Positions 49,765 through 60,127 of a stretch of DNA of 64,000 bases are shown in pieces (position 1 is the stretch's first letter; every line of letters starts with the position of its first letter). Location: positions 5,750 through 69,749 of the forward strand of contig JAGUZQ010000032.1 of NCBI GenBank assembly GCA_020060765.1, given 5' to 3'. Under the pieces are notes generated by a model. The model ran no database searches and was not told the origin of the DNA. It worked only from the letters and a program-made list of their open reading frames with translations. The translations under genes and the position numbers were made by a program. This DNA is from Planctomycetota bacterium (GTDB lineage: Bacteria; Planctomycetota; SZUA-567).

Positions 49765-50691
49765 TTGATCCGGGTGGAATCGGTTTGGAAGCGTTATGAT
49801 ACCGTGGTGGCGGTGCGCGATTTCTCGTTTTCCGTCGCACGCGGCATGACCATGGGTTTGATCGGGCCTAACGGTTCGGGCAAGACCACGCTGCTGCGCA
49901 TGATCTCCACCCTCGCCAAACCCGATTCCGGCAGTATCAGAATCGGCGGCGTCTGTTGCCTGGAAAACCCGCGCGCGATCCGCCGCCAGCTTGCTTTCAT
50001 GCCTGCCGAATACGGCTATCCGCCCAACATGACTATCCGCGAATACCTCGACTATTTCGCCTGCGCCGCCGGAGTGCCCCGCCACCAGCGCGATGCCTCC
50101 ATCGACGAAATCCTGGAACTCACCGAACTGCGCGCCAATCACGACGTGCTGATCCGCGGCCTTTCCACCGGCAACCGCCAGCGGCTGCTGCTGGCCAAGA
50201 CTTTGCTGGGCGACCAGGAACTGCTGCTGCTGGACGAACCGGCCAGCGGGCTTGACCCCCGCGCGCGCGCCGAGGTGCGGGCGCTTTTGAAGGAACTGGC
50301 GAAGATGGGCAAGACCATCGTTATCAGTTCCCACATTCTCGCCGACCTGGAGGATATCTGCGATTCGGTCTGCATCATCGAGCAGGGGCGCATGATCGCT
50401 TCCGACAATATCGAGGAGCTGCGCGGAAAACACCGCGCCCCCAACCGCCTGGTGCATCTGCGAGTGGCGGAAGGAAAAGTCCCGCAGGCCGCCGCGCTGA
50501 TCGGAAACCTGGATGACGTGCTGAAGTGTGAGATTTTTCAGGGACGGCTGGAAGTCGCCAGCGTCAATGCCAATTGCAATTTCATTCTGCGCTGCCTCCT
50601 CGACAATGATATAGAAGTGTTGGAACTGGTCGAGGACCGGCCTAATCTCGAAGACATTTTCATCGCCAGCACGAAAGGCGTAGTAAGTTGA
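49765..50691 (+). CDS. ABC transporter ATP-binding protein (paralogue of 41959-42960)
   Basis: GPNGSGKTT, LSTGNRQR, LLDEPASGLD, SSHIL. Same C-terminal extension layout. Confidence 0.92.
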   Translation: MIRVESVWKRYDTVVAVRDFSFSVARGMTMGLIGPNGSGKTTLLRMISTLAKPDSGSIRIGGVCCLENPRAIRRQLAFMPAEYGYPPNMTIREYLDYFACAAGVPRHQRDASIDEILELTELRANHDVLIRGLSTGNRQRLLLAKTLLGDQELLLLDEPASGLDPRARAEVRALLKELAKMGKTIVISSHILADLEDICDSVCIIEQGRMIASDNIEELRGKHRAPNRLVHLRVAEGKVPQAAALIGNLDDVLKCEIFQGRLEVASVNANCNFILRCLLDNDIEVLELVEDRPNLEDIFIASTKGVVS

Positions 50692-52475
50692 AACGATTGC
50701 TGCAAAAGCTGCTGTACGCGACCGACAGCCCTACTCTCACGCGGGACATGCAGAGCATCCTCAGCGCCTGGCGGGTAGGCGTGTGGTTTCTTTTGCTCAA
50801 TCTCACGCTGGGAATAACGCTGGCTATTTTCATCTTCCTGTCGATTTACGCCAATGACAACGATTTTATTTCCGTCGTGGAAGGTCTCGGCCTGGGGCAG
50901 TTTCTGACGCTGGCCGTGATGGGCGGCATCGGCGCGCTTTGCACCATTTTCATCCCCCTGCGCGCCAGTGGCCTGTTCGAAGGCGCGCGCTGGGCCAGGA
51001 TTTTCGACCAGATCATCAGTTCCGGCATCAGCCCTTTACGGTATTTTTTCGGCAAGATCGCGGCGCAGAATGTCTTCTTCGGCCTGATTATACTCGCCGC
51101 CTTTCCTTACATTATTTTCTGCCTCAGTTTCGATTACGGCAAACTCGGCTTTTTCATTACGTCGCTCCTGCTACTTTGGGTTTACGCCAATGTGCTTACG
51201 CTCGTCACGCTGGCGTCTTCCATTTTCAAGCATGAAATTATGGCCGTCCTCGGCGTAATCACAGCGTACGGACTTTGCTATCTGATCGCGTGCTGGCCCC
51301 TGCCGCCGGTGCTGGCGCTGGTCAGTCCCGCCACCCATTTTCTCAGCCCGGTTTGGAATATCATGGTCGAACGCAACGGTTCACCGCCGTGGGGAAACTG
51401 TAGCAGTTTGGATTTTGCGGTTTCCGGCTGGCAAATCAGCCTCGGCAGCGCGGAACTGTTTCTGCTGGGTTCGCTGGCAACGGCGGTGGTCTGTCTGGGA
51501 GTAATGCTGGTAGGACCGGTGCAGTGCCTGAACAAGCACAACAGCACTTTCGGCGAGGTGGTGATGCCGGGCGATTGCAAACGCAAAAGCATGTTCCGCC
51601 GTCGCTTCGCCCTCTGCCGCCAGGCTGAGATGTCGTTCTTTTATGAAAACCGTTCCGATTGGATCAAACGCTGGGAAGGGGTAATCCGCCACGTAGGTTT
51701 GTTCGGCGGCCTCACAACGCTGGCAATATTTGCTTTTGCGGGGCTGCACCTGTTCCGGTTCAGCCTGCGCGCCCACGAGTTTTTCGTCGTCAACCTGGTG
51801 ATATTGTGCTGCGGCCTTATCGTCGGCATTTATTCTTTCTGTTCCGACCGGGGTACGGAACTGACTCCGCTGGGATTCGGCAAGTGGAAATTCCCGGCCG
51901 GCCGCGCCGATACCATCGCTTTTCTGCTGTTCGTGGTGGTGCTGCTGGCGCTGGCGAAACTGGTGCCATGGCTGCGCAATATGCCTTACGCCCAGGTCTG
52001 GGGCTGGGATCAGAAACGGGCTACTATGTACGACGTGCTCCGGGTGGTTAAGTCGTTTTACCTGATTCCCTTGTTTACTTTTCTGGCGCTGCAATTCTAC
52101 GCGTTGACGCGGTGGTTCAGCCTGCAGGCGTGGGATCGCCGCAAGGCTTTTATTGCCGCGTTTGTCATGGCACAGCTGCTCTGGTTCATGCCGTTTATCG
52201 CCGGTTTGATGATTTTCAAGGTTTATCGCGACGAAGTTATTCCCCTTCTCGGACTGGTCAGCAAAATCTGTCTTAACATTTCCGTCGTCGGTATGTTTTA
52301 CCGCACGGTCGAATTGGAAACCCAGTCGCGGGACGATCTGTACATCATGGAAAACGCCTCGCTGTTCTGGGGTTATTTTTTTCACGGACTGGTACTGGCG
52401 GTGATGATGGTTCTGATCCATTACTCGCGGAAAAAACTCGCAAAAATCCAACTCGGAGTCGAGGATAAATCATGA
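50688..52475 (+). CDS. multi-TM membrane protein (permease partner, 595 aa)
   Basis: 4-nt overlaps on both sides and about 12 hydrophobic segments. Same size as the module-1 permease. Confidence 0.7.
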   Translation: MKRLLQKLLYATDSPTLTRDMQSILSAWRVGVWFLLLNLTLGITLAIFIFLSIYANDNDFISVVEGLGLGQFLTLAVMGGIGALCTIFIPLRASGLFEGARWARIFDQIISSGISPLRYFFGKIAAQNVFFGLIILAAFPYIIFCLSFDYGKLGFFITSLLLLWVYANVLTLVTLASSIFKHEIMAVLGVITAYGLCYLIACWPLPPVLALVSPATHFLSPVWNIMVERNGSPPWGNCSSLDFAVSGWQISLGSAELFLLGSLATAVVCLGVMLVGPVQCLNKHNSTFGEVVMPGDCKRKSMFRRRFALCRQAEMSFFYENRSDWIKRWEGVIRHVGLFGGLTTLAIFAFAGLHLFRFSLRAHEFFVVNLVILCCGLIVGIYSFCSDRGTELTPLGFGKWKFPAGRADTIAFLLFVVVLLALAKLVPWLRNMPYAQVWGWDQKRATMYDVLRVVKSFYLIPLFTFLALQFYALTRWFSLQAWDRRKAFIAAFVMAQLLWFMPFIAGLMIFKVYRDEVIPLLGLVSKICLNISVVGMFYRTVELETQSRDDLYIMENASLFWGYFFHGLVLAVMMVLIHYSRKKLAKIQLGVEDKS

Positions 52476-54604
52476 ATCTGAAACTCCGTATATTACTGGT
52501 CTTGTTCTTGCTCTGCTGCTGCGCGCCGCTGGCGGCGGGAGATTCAATCCCGTTTGAAGGCGAAAAGATTGATGACAGCGCGGACAAGATTCCGCCGGAG
52601 GAAGCGCCGGTTTTCACGCCGGGACTGGACATCGATCTGACTATCGGCGTAGGAAAAATCTATAATATTGAGCTGCCGGTGCCATTTGTGATTACGGTGA
52701 AAAACTCGGGCGGAAAACTGCTGGCAGGCGATTTCGAACTGGACAAAATCATTTACAATCAGCATCACGATAAGAATTCCTACCGCCGCCTGCATACCGT
52801 GCCGATCACTCTCCCCTCGCCCGGCGCCAAGCGCTTGCATTTCTGCCTGCCGTTGAATGAAGATACGGATTCCCTGGTGTTGCGTCTGCGTTCTGACAGA
52901 AAAATATTGTGGCAGCGGCGGATTGACCTGAATAACTCCGTTAATCTGGAAGCGGAGGATTACAAGAAAATCCGCCTGCTCGTGTTGGGCGAAAAAGACG
53001 CGCCGCGGATTTTGCGGACAGCGGAAAAAGAAACCGTCGTTACCAACGAGGAAATCTTCCCGCTGTATCGCCGACGCGAAGTACAGGTCAAAGCTGGGGA
53101 AATCTGGGAAACGCCGAAACTGGCTGCGCCGCTGTTTTCCTATCACGGCATTGTCATTACTCCCGGCGTGAAAATCAGCGACCTGTTCCCGGGGCAGGCG
53201 CGGGCGCTGGCGGAATATCTGCAATGGGGCGGGACGCTGGTTTTTTCGCGCAACTCCAAGCCGGTGCTGGACGCAGTGATCGACCAGTTGCCGCCGCAGA
53301 TTAAAAACAGGCTGGGTAATCTTTCCTTCCCGCTGGAAGAGATGTATTCCACCCGCGTGTTGTGCGGCAAGCTGGTGTTGCTGCCGACCGGCTTTATCCA
53401 CAAGAATGGCGGTGGCAACAGCCTGAGGGAAAAGGTTATCAGCCTGCTGGAAGACAGCCCAGAACCATCGTTCCCCCGCTACCTGAAAGTAAACCCTCAT
53501 TATTCTGGCCCCGGCGAAAGCGGTTACCGCACCCTGATGTATCTGCTTTCATTTTTCGGGCTGTATTTGTTTCTGACCGGGCCGGTGGTGCTGTTCTTTT
53601 TCCGCAAGCGCGGCAAGCAGGCTTTGCGGAGTTTTGTCGTGGCCACGGTCGCGGTGTTCTGCCTGCTGTCGCTGGCTATCGCGCCTGCGCTGGAATTGCG
53701 CAAAGGCGATGTTGACTGGCTGACCGTAACGGAATTGACTTCCGACGGCGGGGTGCAATGGGGGCTGGTTACAGCCATCTCCGCCGGAGGGGCGCATCAC
53801 AATCTGCATTTCGAAAACAGCTCCTGCTGGCTGCTGCCGTCGGAAACGTTGGAACGAAACTACCGCTATTACCGTGGCTCTTCATATTCGGACAATATCC
53901 TGCAACCCAACCGTATCAAATTCGCCTCTGATGACCGCGAGGATGTTTCCCGCCTGGACAACATGCCAATCACTCCCTGGGGGAGACGGCTGGTGCTGGC
54001 CAATAGCTATTGGCCGGAAGGGAAACCGTTTACGGTGAAGCTGGAATATAAAAATGGTCTGCTGTCAGGAAAAATCACCAACCATCTGCCGGTTACGGTT
54101 CACACTCCCACCCTCTTTGTCAGCGGCTGGGGACTGGGAGTTCCGCAATATAATTATTATAACAGAACTAATCAGAAAAACGGCTTGCAGGAACTGGAAA
54201 TGTCTTTTTCCGTCAATCTCAATCTTTTGCTGAAACCATCGGGTAAGCGAACCTTCCAGCAAAAAGTGCAATTTTCCGCCAAGGAAAACCAATCTTATTC
54301 GTTTTTTAATATCAATCACTTTGAGGATGCAGATGAAATAAATATGGGCAATGCGGAAATCATCATGCCCCAGTCTAATTCGCGCGGGAAGCTGGACGTT
54401 TACGTAATCGGGCAGGTGAAGGAATCCCCGGCGTTGAAATTTTCCGGCGGATCGTTCAATCCTGGCAAGGGCAGGCATTATGTCATATATCAGATTGACG
54501 ACGCGGAGCTGCCGTTTGCCGCTGAACTGCTGAAGAGTATTAACACCTTGCCGAAAGCCACCCCAGCGCCAGCCGTATCTGATGTTTCAGTCGATGATTT
54601 ATAA
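52472..54604 (+). CDS. signal-anchored accessory protein of ABC module 2 (710 aa)
   Basis: Signal peptide (ILLVLFLLCCCAPLAAG) and a mid-protein TM pair (LMYLLSFFGLYLFLTGPVVLFFF / FVVATVAVFCLLSLAIAP). The block ALAEYLQWGGTLVF parallels ALASYVRGGRTLVV in the 927-aa protein. Confidence 0.7.
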   Translation: MNLKLRILLVLFLLCCCAPLAAGDSIPFEGEKIDDSADKIPPEEAPVFTPGLDIDLTIGVGKIYNIELPVPFVITVKNSGGKLLAGDFELDKIIYNQHHDKNSYRRLHTVPITLPSPGAKRLHFCLPLNEDTDSLVLRLRSDRKILWQRRIDLNNSVNLEAEDYKKIRLLVLGEKDAPRILRTAEKETVVTNEEIFPLYRRREVQVKAGEIWETPKLAAPLFSYHGIVITPGVKISDLFPGQARALAEYLQWGGTLVFSRNSKPVLDAVIDQLPPQIKNRLGNLSFPLEEMYSTRVLCGKLVLLPTGFIHKNGGGNSLREKVISLLEDSPEPSFPRYLKVNPHYSGPGESGYRTLMYLLSFFGLYLFLTGPVVLFFFRKRGKQALRSFVVATVAVFCLLSLAIAPALELRKGDVDWLTVTELTSDGGVQWGLVTAISAGGAHHNLHFENSSCWLLPSETLERNYRYYRGSSYSDNILQPNRIKFASDDREDVSRLDNMPITPWGRRLVLANSYWPEGKPFTVKLEYKNGLLSGKITNHLPVTVHTPTLFVSGWGLGVPQYNYYNRTNQKNGLQELEMSFSVNLNLLLKPSGKRTFQQKVQFSAKENQSYSFFNINHFEDADEINMGNAEIIMPQSNSRGKLDVYVIGQVKESPALKFSGGSFNPGKGRHYVIYQIDDAELPFAAELLKSINTLPKATPAPAVSDVSVDDL

Positions 54605-54679
54605 AAAATCAGCGGCGGGAACGCGTAGGTTTTATGCGCTCAAAAATGTTTGCAAAATATGCCTGTGCTGCACGCACCA

Positions 54680-56005
54680 CTATCCCAGCAGTACCTGTTC
54701 CACCTTGCCGCGCATTTCGTCGCGGAGGGCGGCGGTGCGCGCTTCCAGGTTCAGGCGCAGTACCGGTTCGGTATTGCTTGGGCGCACGTTGCACCACCAG
54801 TCTTTATGAATGACTGACAGCCCGTCCAGTTCCAGCACTTCCCCGCCTTCGCCGAAAGTTTCGGCAATGGCTTTCATCTTCGCGTCCTTGTCCTCAACCT
54901 CGAAATTGATTTCGCCGGTTGGAAAATAGGTACGGAACGGCGCGGCCAGCTCGCTCAGTTTTTTGCCGGTCTTGCTGATCAGCGTCAGCACCGACAGCAT
55001 CGCCATCTCGGCGTTGTCGGTATAATGGATATCGCGGAAATAAAAGTGTCCCGAAAGCTCGCCGGCGAAAATCGCGTTGGTCTCGCGCATGGTCGCCTTG
55101 ATGAAGGAATGCCCCACGCGGCTCATGAGCGGCTTGCCGCCCAAACGCTCAATTTCTTCTTTCACCGCCCAGGAGCTGCGCAAGTCGTAGACGATGGTCG
55201 CGCCGGGTTCGCGTTCCAGCATTTCGGAAGCCAGCATCGCGGTAACGACGTCGGCAGGCACGGTCAGGCCGGTTTCGTCGACAAACATCGCCCGGTCGCC
55301 GTCGCCGTCATAGGCAATGCCAAGATCCGCGCCGGTTTCCTTGACCTGTTCCTGCAGGTCGATCATGTTCTCTTCCTTGAGGGGATTAGCCTCGTGGTTG
55401 GGGAAAGACCCGTCCGGCTCGAAATAAAGCTGGATCAGTTCGCAGGGCAGCTTGGAGAAAAGCTGCGGCAGGAACGCGCCCATCACGCCGTTGCCCGCAT
55501 CGACCACGACTGTCTGGGGCTTGATCTGGCTGGCGAATTTCAGCAGGTGCGCGCGGTAGTCGCTGGAAATATCGCGCGTTTCCACCTTGCCGGTCTTGGC
55601 GGCGGGAGTGAGCGAACCGCTGTCGATCAGCTTTTCCATCTCGCTCATACCGGTGGAATAAGCGACGGGAATCGCGTCCTCGCGGCAGAATTTGCAGCCG
55701 TTATATTCCGCCGGATTATGGCTGGCGGTAATCTGTATCCCGGCTCCGGCCTTGTAAAACGCAGTGGCGAAATTAAGCATGGGGGTGGAGGCCATGCCGA
55801 TGTCGATTACATTGGCTCCGGCCTGGGTCAGGCCTTTGATCAGAGCCTCTCCCAGCGAAACGCCGCTTTCGCGCATGTCGCGACCTACGACCACGGTTCC
55901 GGCTTTCAGCACCTTGACCGCCGCCAGCCCGATTTTCGCGAAAAGATCCTCATTGACCTGGTCGGGATAGGTGCCGCGCACATCGTAAGCCTTGAATATC
56001 GCCAT
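54680..56005 (-). CDS. phosphomannomutase/phosphoglucomutase
   Basis: ATG at 56005 after GGAGGA. TASHNPAEYNG, AYDGDGDR, GELSGH. Confidence 0.9.
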   Translation of the reverse strand: MAIFKAYDVRGTYPDQVNEDLFAKIGLAAVKVLKAGTVVVGRDMRESGVSLGEALIKGLTQAGANVIDIGMASTPMLNFATAFYKAGAGIQITASHNPAEYNGCKFCREDAIPVAYSTGMSEMEKLIDSGSLTPAAKTGKVETRDISSDYRAHLLKFASQIKPQTVVVDAGNGVMGAFLPQLFSKLPCELIQLYFEPDGSFPNHEANPLKEENMIDLQEQVKETGADLGIAYDGDGDRAMFVDETGLTVPADVVTAMLASEMLEREPGATIVYDLRSSWAVKEEIERLGGKPLMSRVGHSFIKATMRETNAIFAGELSGHFYFRDIHYTDNAEMAMLSVLTLISKTGKKLSELAAPFRTYFPTGEINFEVEDKDAKMKAIAETFGEGGEVLELDGLSVIHKDWWCNVRPSNTEPVLRLNLEARTAALRDEMRGKVEQVLLG

Positions 56006-56284
56006 GCGTTTTCCTCCGGAAGATAATGACATGCCTTTTCGCGCCTCAGACTCGGCGGGAGGATATTGTAACTTTTGACCGTTTTGTCGCAAGCAAAAAG
56101 CATCTGGCGAAGGACAGGCGTTTTCCGATGACAGAAAAAAACAGGCGTCGAGCGGTGCTAGAGGGCGTAAGTATTATGTAACGCGGGGTGCGTGAAAACG
56201 CTTGCGCCCAGACAGAGATTATGGATAACTGAACCATCTTCAAGGAATTTGGGGTTCATCTCTATTTTTCACCCGGAGGAACTT

Positions 56285-59200
56285 ATGAACAGGAATTGGC
56301 GTTTGGCGATGTTGGCGGTTTTCGGCTTCTGGCTGGCGGCTTTGTCTGTCCGCGCACAGGAGACTCCTGCTGATAATTCAGGCAGTCTCCTTGACCGTAA
56401 GGAAGCGCTGGCGGCGGCGGCGGAAGTAACCCGGGAAAAATATCCCAACGCCGACGACGTCCTGGTTGACGATTACACCCGCACCGTCTTCCAAACCGAC
56501 GGCACCTATGAGTCGTGGAACGATTGCTATCAGAAAATCCTGACCGAGAAAGGCCGACGCGACGCCCAGACCCTGTCGTTTTATTTCACCCTGCCCTATA
56601 CGACGGAAAAAGACATCGGCGTCACCCTGCTGGAAATCGTCAAACCAAACGGCGATCTGGTCAAACTGGGCGCGGAAGATATGAAGCGTCTGTGCAAGGT
56701 CATGATCGATCCCAACAGCATGAAAAGCAATATCTATAATCCCAACAGCAAGATTCTGAAAGTCGGCGTGCCTGCCGTCGCGGTCGGCGACGTGGTGCAT
56801 TACATCTATTTCCGCCGCGTGGTGCAGCCGCGCGTGAAAAATTCCTTCAGCGATCTGCAACTGCTGGAATACACCAGTCCCATCCGGCGCATGGTCTACG
56901 AAATCCTGGGGCCGAATGAATTGCCGCTCAAAGGGATTGCGCTTAAAGACGAAATCAAGGGCACTGTTGTCAGCGCCAGCGGGGAAAAGGACGGTTTGCG
57001 CCATTACCGTTGGGAAGCTCGGGATGTGCCGCGCATGTTCGAGGAACCTGACATGCCGAATCTGGTAAACGTTGTCCAACGTCTTCTGGTCAGTACGGAA
57101 GGCGATTGGAAAGACGTTTCTCGCTGGTATTGGAAACTCTCGGAACCGCACTTCCTGCTTACTCCCGAAATAGAAACCAAAACCGCGGAACTGGTGAACG
57201 GCCTGCAGAAAGACAGCGAAAAAATGACCGCTATCTTCCAATGGGTTTCCCAGCAGATCCGCTACGCCGGTATCACGGTGGAAAAGGATTCCCCCGGTTA
57301 CGAGCCGCATGACGTGGGGATGACTTTCAGCAAGCGTTACGGCGTCTGCCGCGACAAGGCGGCGCTGCTGGTGGCGATGCTGCGCGCGGCGGGTTTCAAG
57401 GCCTTTCCCGTACTGATTCATAACGGCCCGAAAAAAGACGTCGAGGTGGCGATGCCTTATTTCAATCACGCCATCACCGCCGTTGAGCTGCCCGGCGGGG
57501 AATACCGGTTGATGGACTCCACTGACGAAAACACGCGCAATCTCCTGCCGGAATACCTGAACGACAAAAGCTATCTCGTTGCCCGCCCGGAAGGCGAAAC
57601 CCTGCGCACCACGCCTATCATTCCCGCCACGGAAAACCTGATGCGGATCGAAACCGAAGGCAAGGTCGATGCGCAGGGAAAGCTTTCCGGCAAAACCGTG
57701 CTGTCTTTCGACGGCCAGAATGACAATTCCTATCGCGGCTTTTTCGCCCAGTCCCGCCCGGACAAGCGCCGCCGTTATTTTGAAGGAATTGTGAAATTCG
57801 CGGTGCCGGGGGCAAAACTGACCGGTTGTGAAATCCTGCCCGAAGATATGCAGAATGTAAAAGCACCGTTGGAAGTGCGTCTGTTTTTTCAAGCCGACTC
57901 CGTACTGGTCTGCGGGGAAGACGGCACGAAAATGTTGTCGTTGCCTTCGTTTGGATCGCGTATCGGCGCGGTAAATTGGATGCTGCGCAAACTCGGTCTG
58001 GCCGAACGCCGCTATCCGCTGGAAACAGATACCGCTTGCGGGGTACGGGAAAAAATCTCGCTCCGGCTTGATCCTGCCCTGGGCGCAGTCGTAGCGATGC
58101 CGGATTATCCCAAACTGGAATCAGATAATCTGCTCTGGCAACGCAAAACCAGGCAGGAAGGCGAATATCTCATCAGTGAAGCGGAATTCCTGCTGAAGGC
58201 GGTCAAGTTTGCGCCGAAGGATTATCTCGCGCTCAAGGATGCGGTCAAGGAAATCGAATACCAGTCTCGGCGGATGCCAGTCTTGCGCGCTGATGCGGGT
58301 GAGATGGCAGCGAGCGATGCCGATGTGCTGCTGCTGTCGGAAAAAGTCAGCTATGCGCTTAAGGATGTTCACAACTGGAGTGAAACCCGTGCGATCAAAA
58401 AGAAAATCCTGACCTATAAAGGCAAAAAAGACCACAGCCGCATCAGCCTGGAATATAATTCCGCCTGGGAAAAAATCTATATCGAAAAAGCCCAGGTTAC
58501 CGATGCAAAAGGCAACGTCAAGACTATCAGCAACGAGGAAGTAAATGTCATGGACGCGCCCTGGGTGGGAAGCGCGCCGCGCTATCCGGCTTCGCGCACG
58601 CTGGTGGCTCTGCTGCCAGGGGTGGAAATCGGCAGCGTGGTGGAATACGTCATCCGCCGCGAATGCAGTAACCGCCCGTTTTTCGCGGCGATGCACTCTT
58701 TCCGTTTTACTTACCCCGCGCTGGAAACAGAAGTTGTCGTCTCCGCGCCGGAGAATCTGGATTATATCGAATATCTTCGCGACGAAGGAAAAACCGTCTC
58801 CGTGGAATCAAAGAAGGAAAACGGTCTTAGTATACGCACCTGGAAAGCTTTGAACCAACCCGGCATCAACGACGAAGGCGCTTCTCCTCCCTGGTGGAGT
58901 TGCAACCCCACGCTGTTTCTGTCCTGCGGCGATTGGCGTGGCTACTCCCGCGAACTGCTGGGCTATCTGGTGAAAGCCGCTTCCCACCAGGAACTCGCCA
59001 CCAATCTGGGGCGCAAGCTGGCGTCTGAAAACCGCGATCTGGAAAAACGATTGATTGCGATCCGCGATTACGTCGCCCGCGAAATCCGTCTGGCCGGGCC
59101 TCTGCTGAACCGCGCTCCGCTCGATGTGATTTCCCCCGCCGATGTGACTTTGCATGACGGTTATGGCAACAACGTCGATCAGGCGGTGCTGCTTTATGCC

Positions 59201-60127
59201 CTGCTGCGGGCGGCGGGATTCCGGGCGGAGTTTGTGGCCGAAGGTTTGTGGGAACGTGCACCGGAACTGGCGAAACCCTTTGTCGTCTGCCCTGATTCCC
59301 TTTGGTTATCGGGGTTGCTGGTGAGGGTCGAACTTTCGCGCGGTCGTGAGGTTTACCTTAACAATACCAGCATTTACGCCGCGCTGGGAGCTACTCCCGC
59401 CGAGGGCAGACCCGGCGTGGTTCTGGATACCGGTAAGGTCGAACGCATCCTCTCCAGCGCCGGGCCGGTCTCGCGTAGACAAGCAGAGTATCTGATTGAC
59501 CTCGATTCTTCCGGCGACGCTCATATCACTCGTAAGCGTTCTTTCTACGGACAAGACTATGAAAAGAATAATCGCCTTTTTGCGGAAATGACGCCTGAGG
59601 AACAGAAGCGTTACCACCAGGAAGCGGTCGCCGCCATCTCCCAATCAGCCGAACCCGACGGCGACATCAAGGTGGATTTCTCCCATTATCCCGGCACCGA
59701 GGAGCTGTCGGTCAAAGTCAAACGCTTTGCCATCAGCGACGGAAATTATCTTCATTTCCAACTGCCGGAATCGCTGGAAAACCTGTTCCGCCTCTGGGCC
59801 GACAGCCGCCAGACGCCCTACCTTATCGCCGAAACCGAAGACGTGCGGATAGATGTGACTGTCAACCTGCCGGAAGGATATCGTTGCCTGGCCATGCCCA
59901 CGGAACTGCATCTGAAACTGCCGCAGGGAATTGGTGAAGTGGGAATCGTTACCAAGATGACCGGCGAAACCGGCCAAGGCAAAACTGTCAAAACCGCCTA
60001 CGCCGCTTTGGTTCCGCCGCAGGTGGTGGAGACACGAGACTATGCCAAGTTGCTGGATCTTTGTCAGTCGTTGACACACCCGGAAACGCGGACGTTTCTG
60101 TTGGAGAAAATCGTGGAACCTCGTTGA
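56285..60127 (+). CDS. secreted DUF3857 / transglutaminase-like / DUF3858 protein, internally duplicated
   Basis: ATG after GGAGGA and leader LAMLAVFGFWLAALSVRA. The first transglutaminase core is RYGVCRDKAALLVAMLRAAGFKAFPVL. The second copy, GYGNNVDQAVLLYALLRAAGFRAEFV, lacks the Cys. Confidence 0.8.
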   Translation: MNRNWRLAMLAVFGFWLAALSVRAQETPADNSGSLLDRKEALAAAAEVTREKYPNADDVLVDDYTRTVFQTDGTYESWNDCYQKILTEKGRRDAQTLSFYFTLPYTTEKDIGVTLLEIVKPNGDLVKLGAEDMKRLCKVMIDPNSMKSNIYNPNSKILKVGVPAVAVGDVVHYIYFRRVVQPRVKNSFSDLQLLEYTSPIRRMVYEILGPNELPLKGIALKDEIKGTVVSASGEKDGLRHYRWEARDVPRMFEEPDMPNLVNVVQRLLVSTEGDWKDVSRWYWKLSEPHFLLTPEIETKTAELVNGLQKDSEKMTAIFQWVSQQIRYAGITVEKDSPGYEPHDVGMTFSKRYGVCRDKAALLVAMLRAAGFKAFPVLIHNGPKKDVEVAMPYFNHAITAVELPGGEYRLMDSTDENTRNLLPEYLNDKSYLVARPEGETLRTTPIIPATENLMRIETEGKVDAQGKLSGKTVLSFDGQNDNSYRGFFAQSRPDKRRRYFEGIVKFAVPGAKLTGCEILPEDMQNVKAPLEVRLFFQADSVLVCGEDGTKMLSLPSFGSRIGAVNWMLRKLGLAERRYPLETDTACGVREKISLRLDPALGAVVAMPDYPKLESDNLLWQRKTRQEGEYLISEAEFLLKAVKFAPKDYLALKDAVKEIEYQSRRMPVLRADAGEMAASDADVLLLSEKVSYALKDVHNWSETRAIKKKILTYKGKKDHSRISLEYNSAWEKIYIEKAQVTDAKGNVKTISNEEVNVMDAPWVGSAPRYPASRTLVALLPGVEIGSVVEYVIRRECSNRPFFAAMHSFRFTYPALETEVVVSAPENLDYIEYLRDEGKTVSVESKKENGLSIRTWKALNQPGINDEGASPPWWSCNPTLFLSCGDWRGYSRELLGYLVKAASHQELATNLGRKLASENRDLEKRLIAIRDYVAREIRLAGPLLNRAPLDVISPADVTLHDGYGNNVDQAVLLYALLRAAGFRAEFVAEGLWERAPELAKPFVVCPDSLWLSGLLVRVELSRGREVYLNNTSIYAALGATPAEGRPGVVLDTGKVERILSSAGPVSRRQAEYLIDLDSSGDAHITRKRSFYGQDYEKNNRLFAEMTPEEQKRYHQEAVAAISQSAEPDGDIKVDFSHYPGTEELSVKVKRFAISDGNYLHFQLPESLENLFRLWADSRQTPYLIAETEDVRIDVTVNLPEGYRCLAMPTELHLKLPQGIGEVGIVTKMTGETGQGKTVKTAYAALVPPQVVETRDYAKLLDLCQSLTHPETRTFLLEKIVEPR

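Noticed and set aside
56378-57892. 504-aa minus-strand ORF. Similar cases: 15457-16530, 55025-56026, 52544-53500, 51381-52451.
   Set aside because: They are antisense to genes with clear domain content and are typical GC-rich shadow ORFs.
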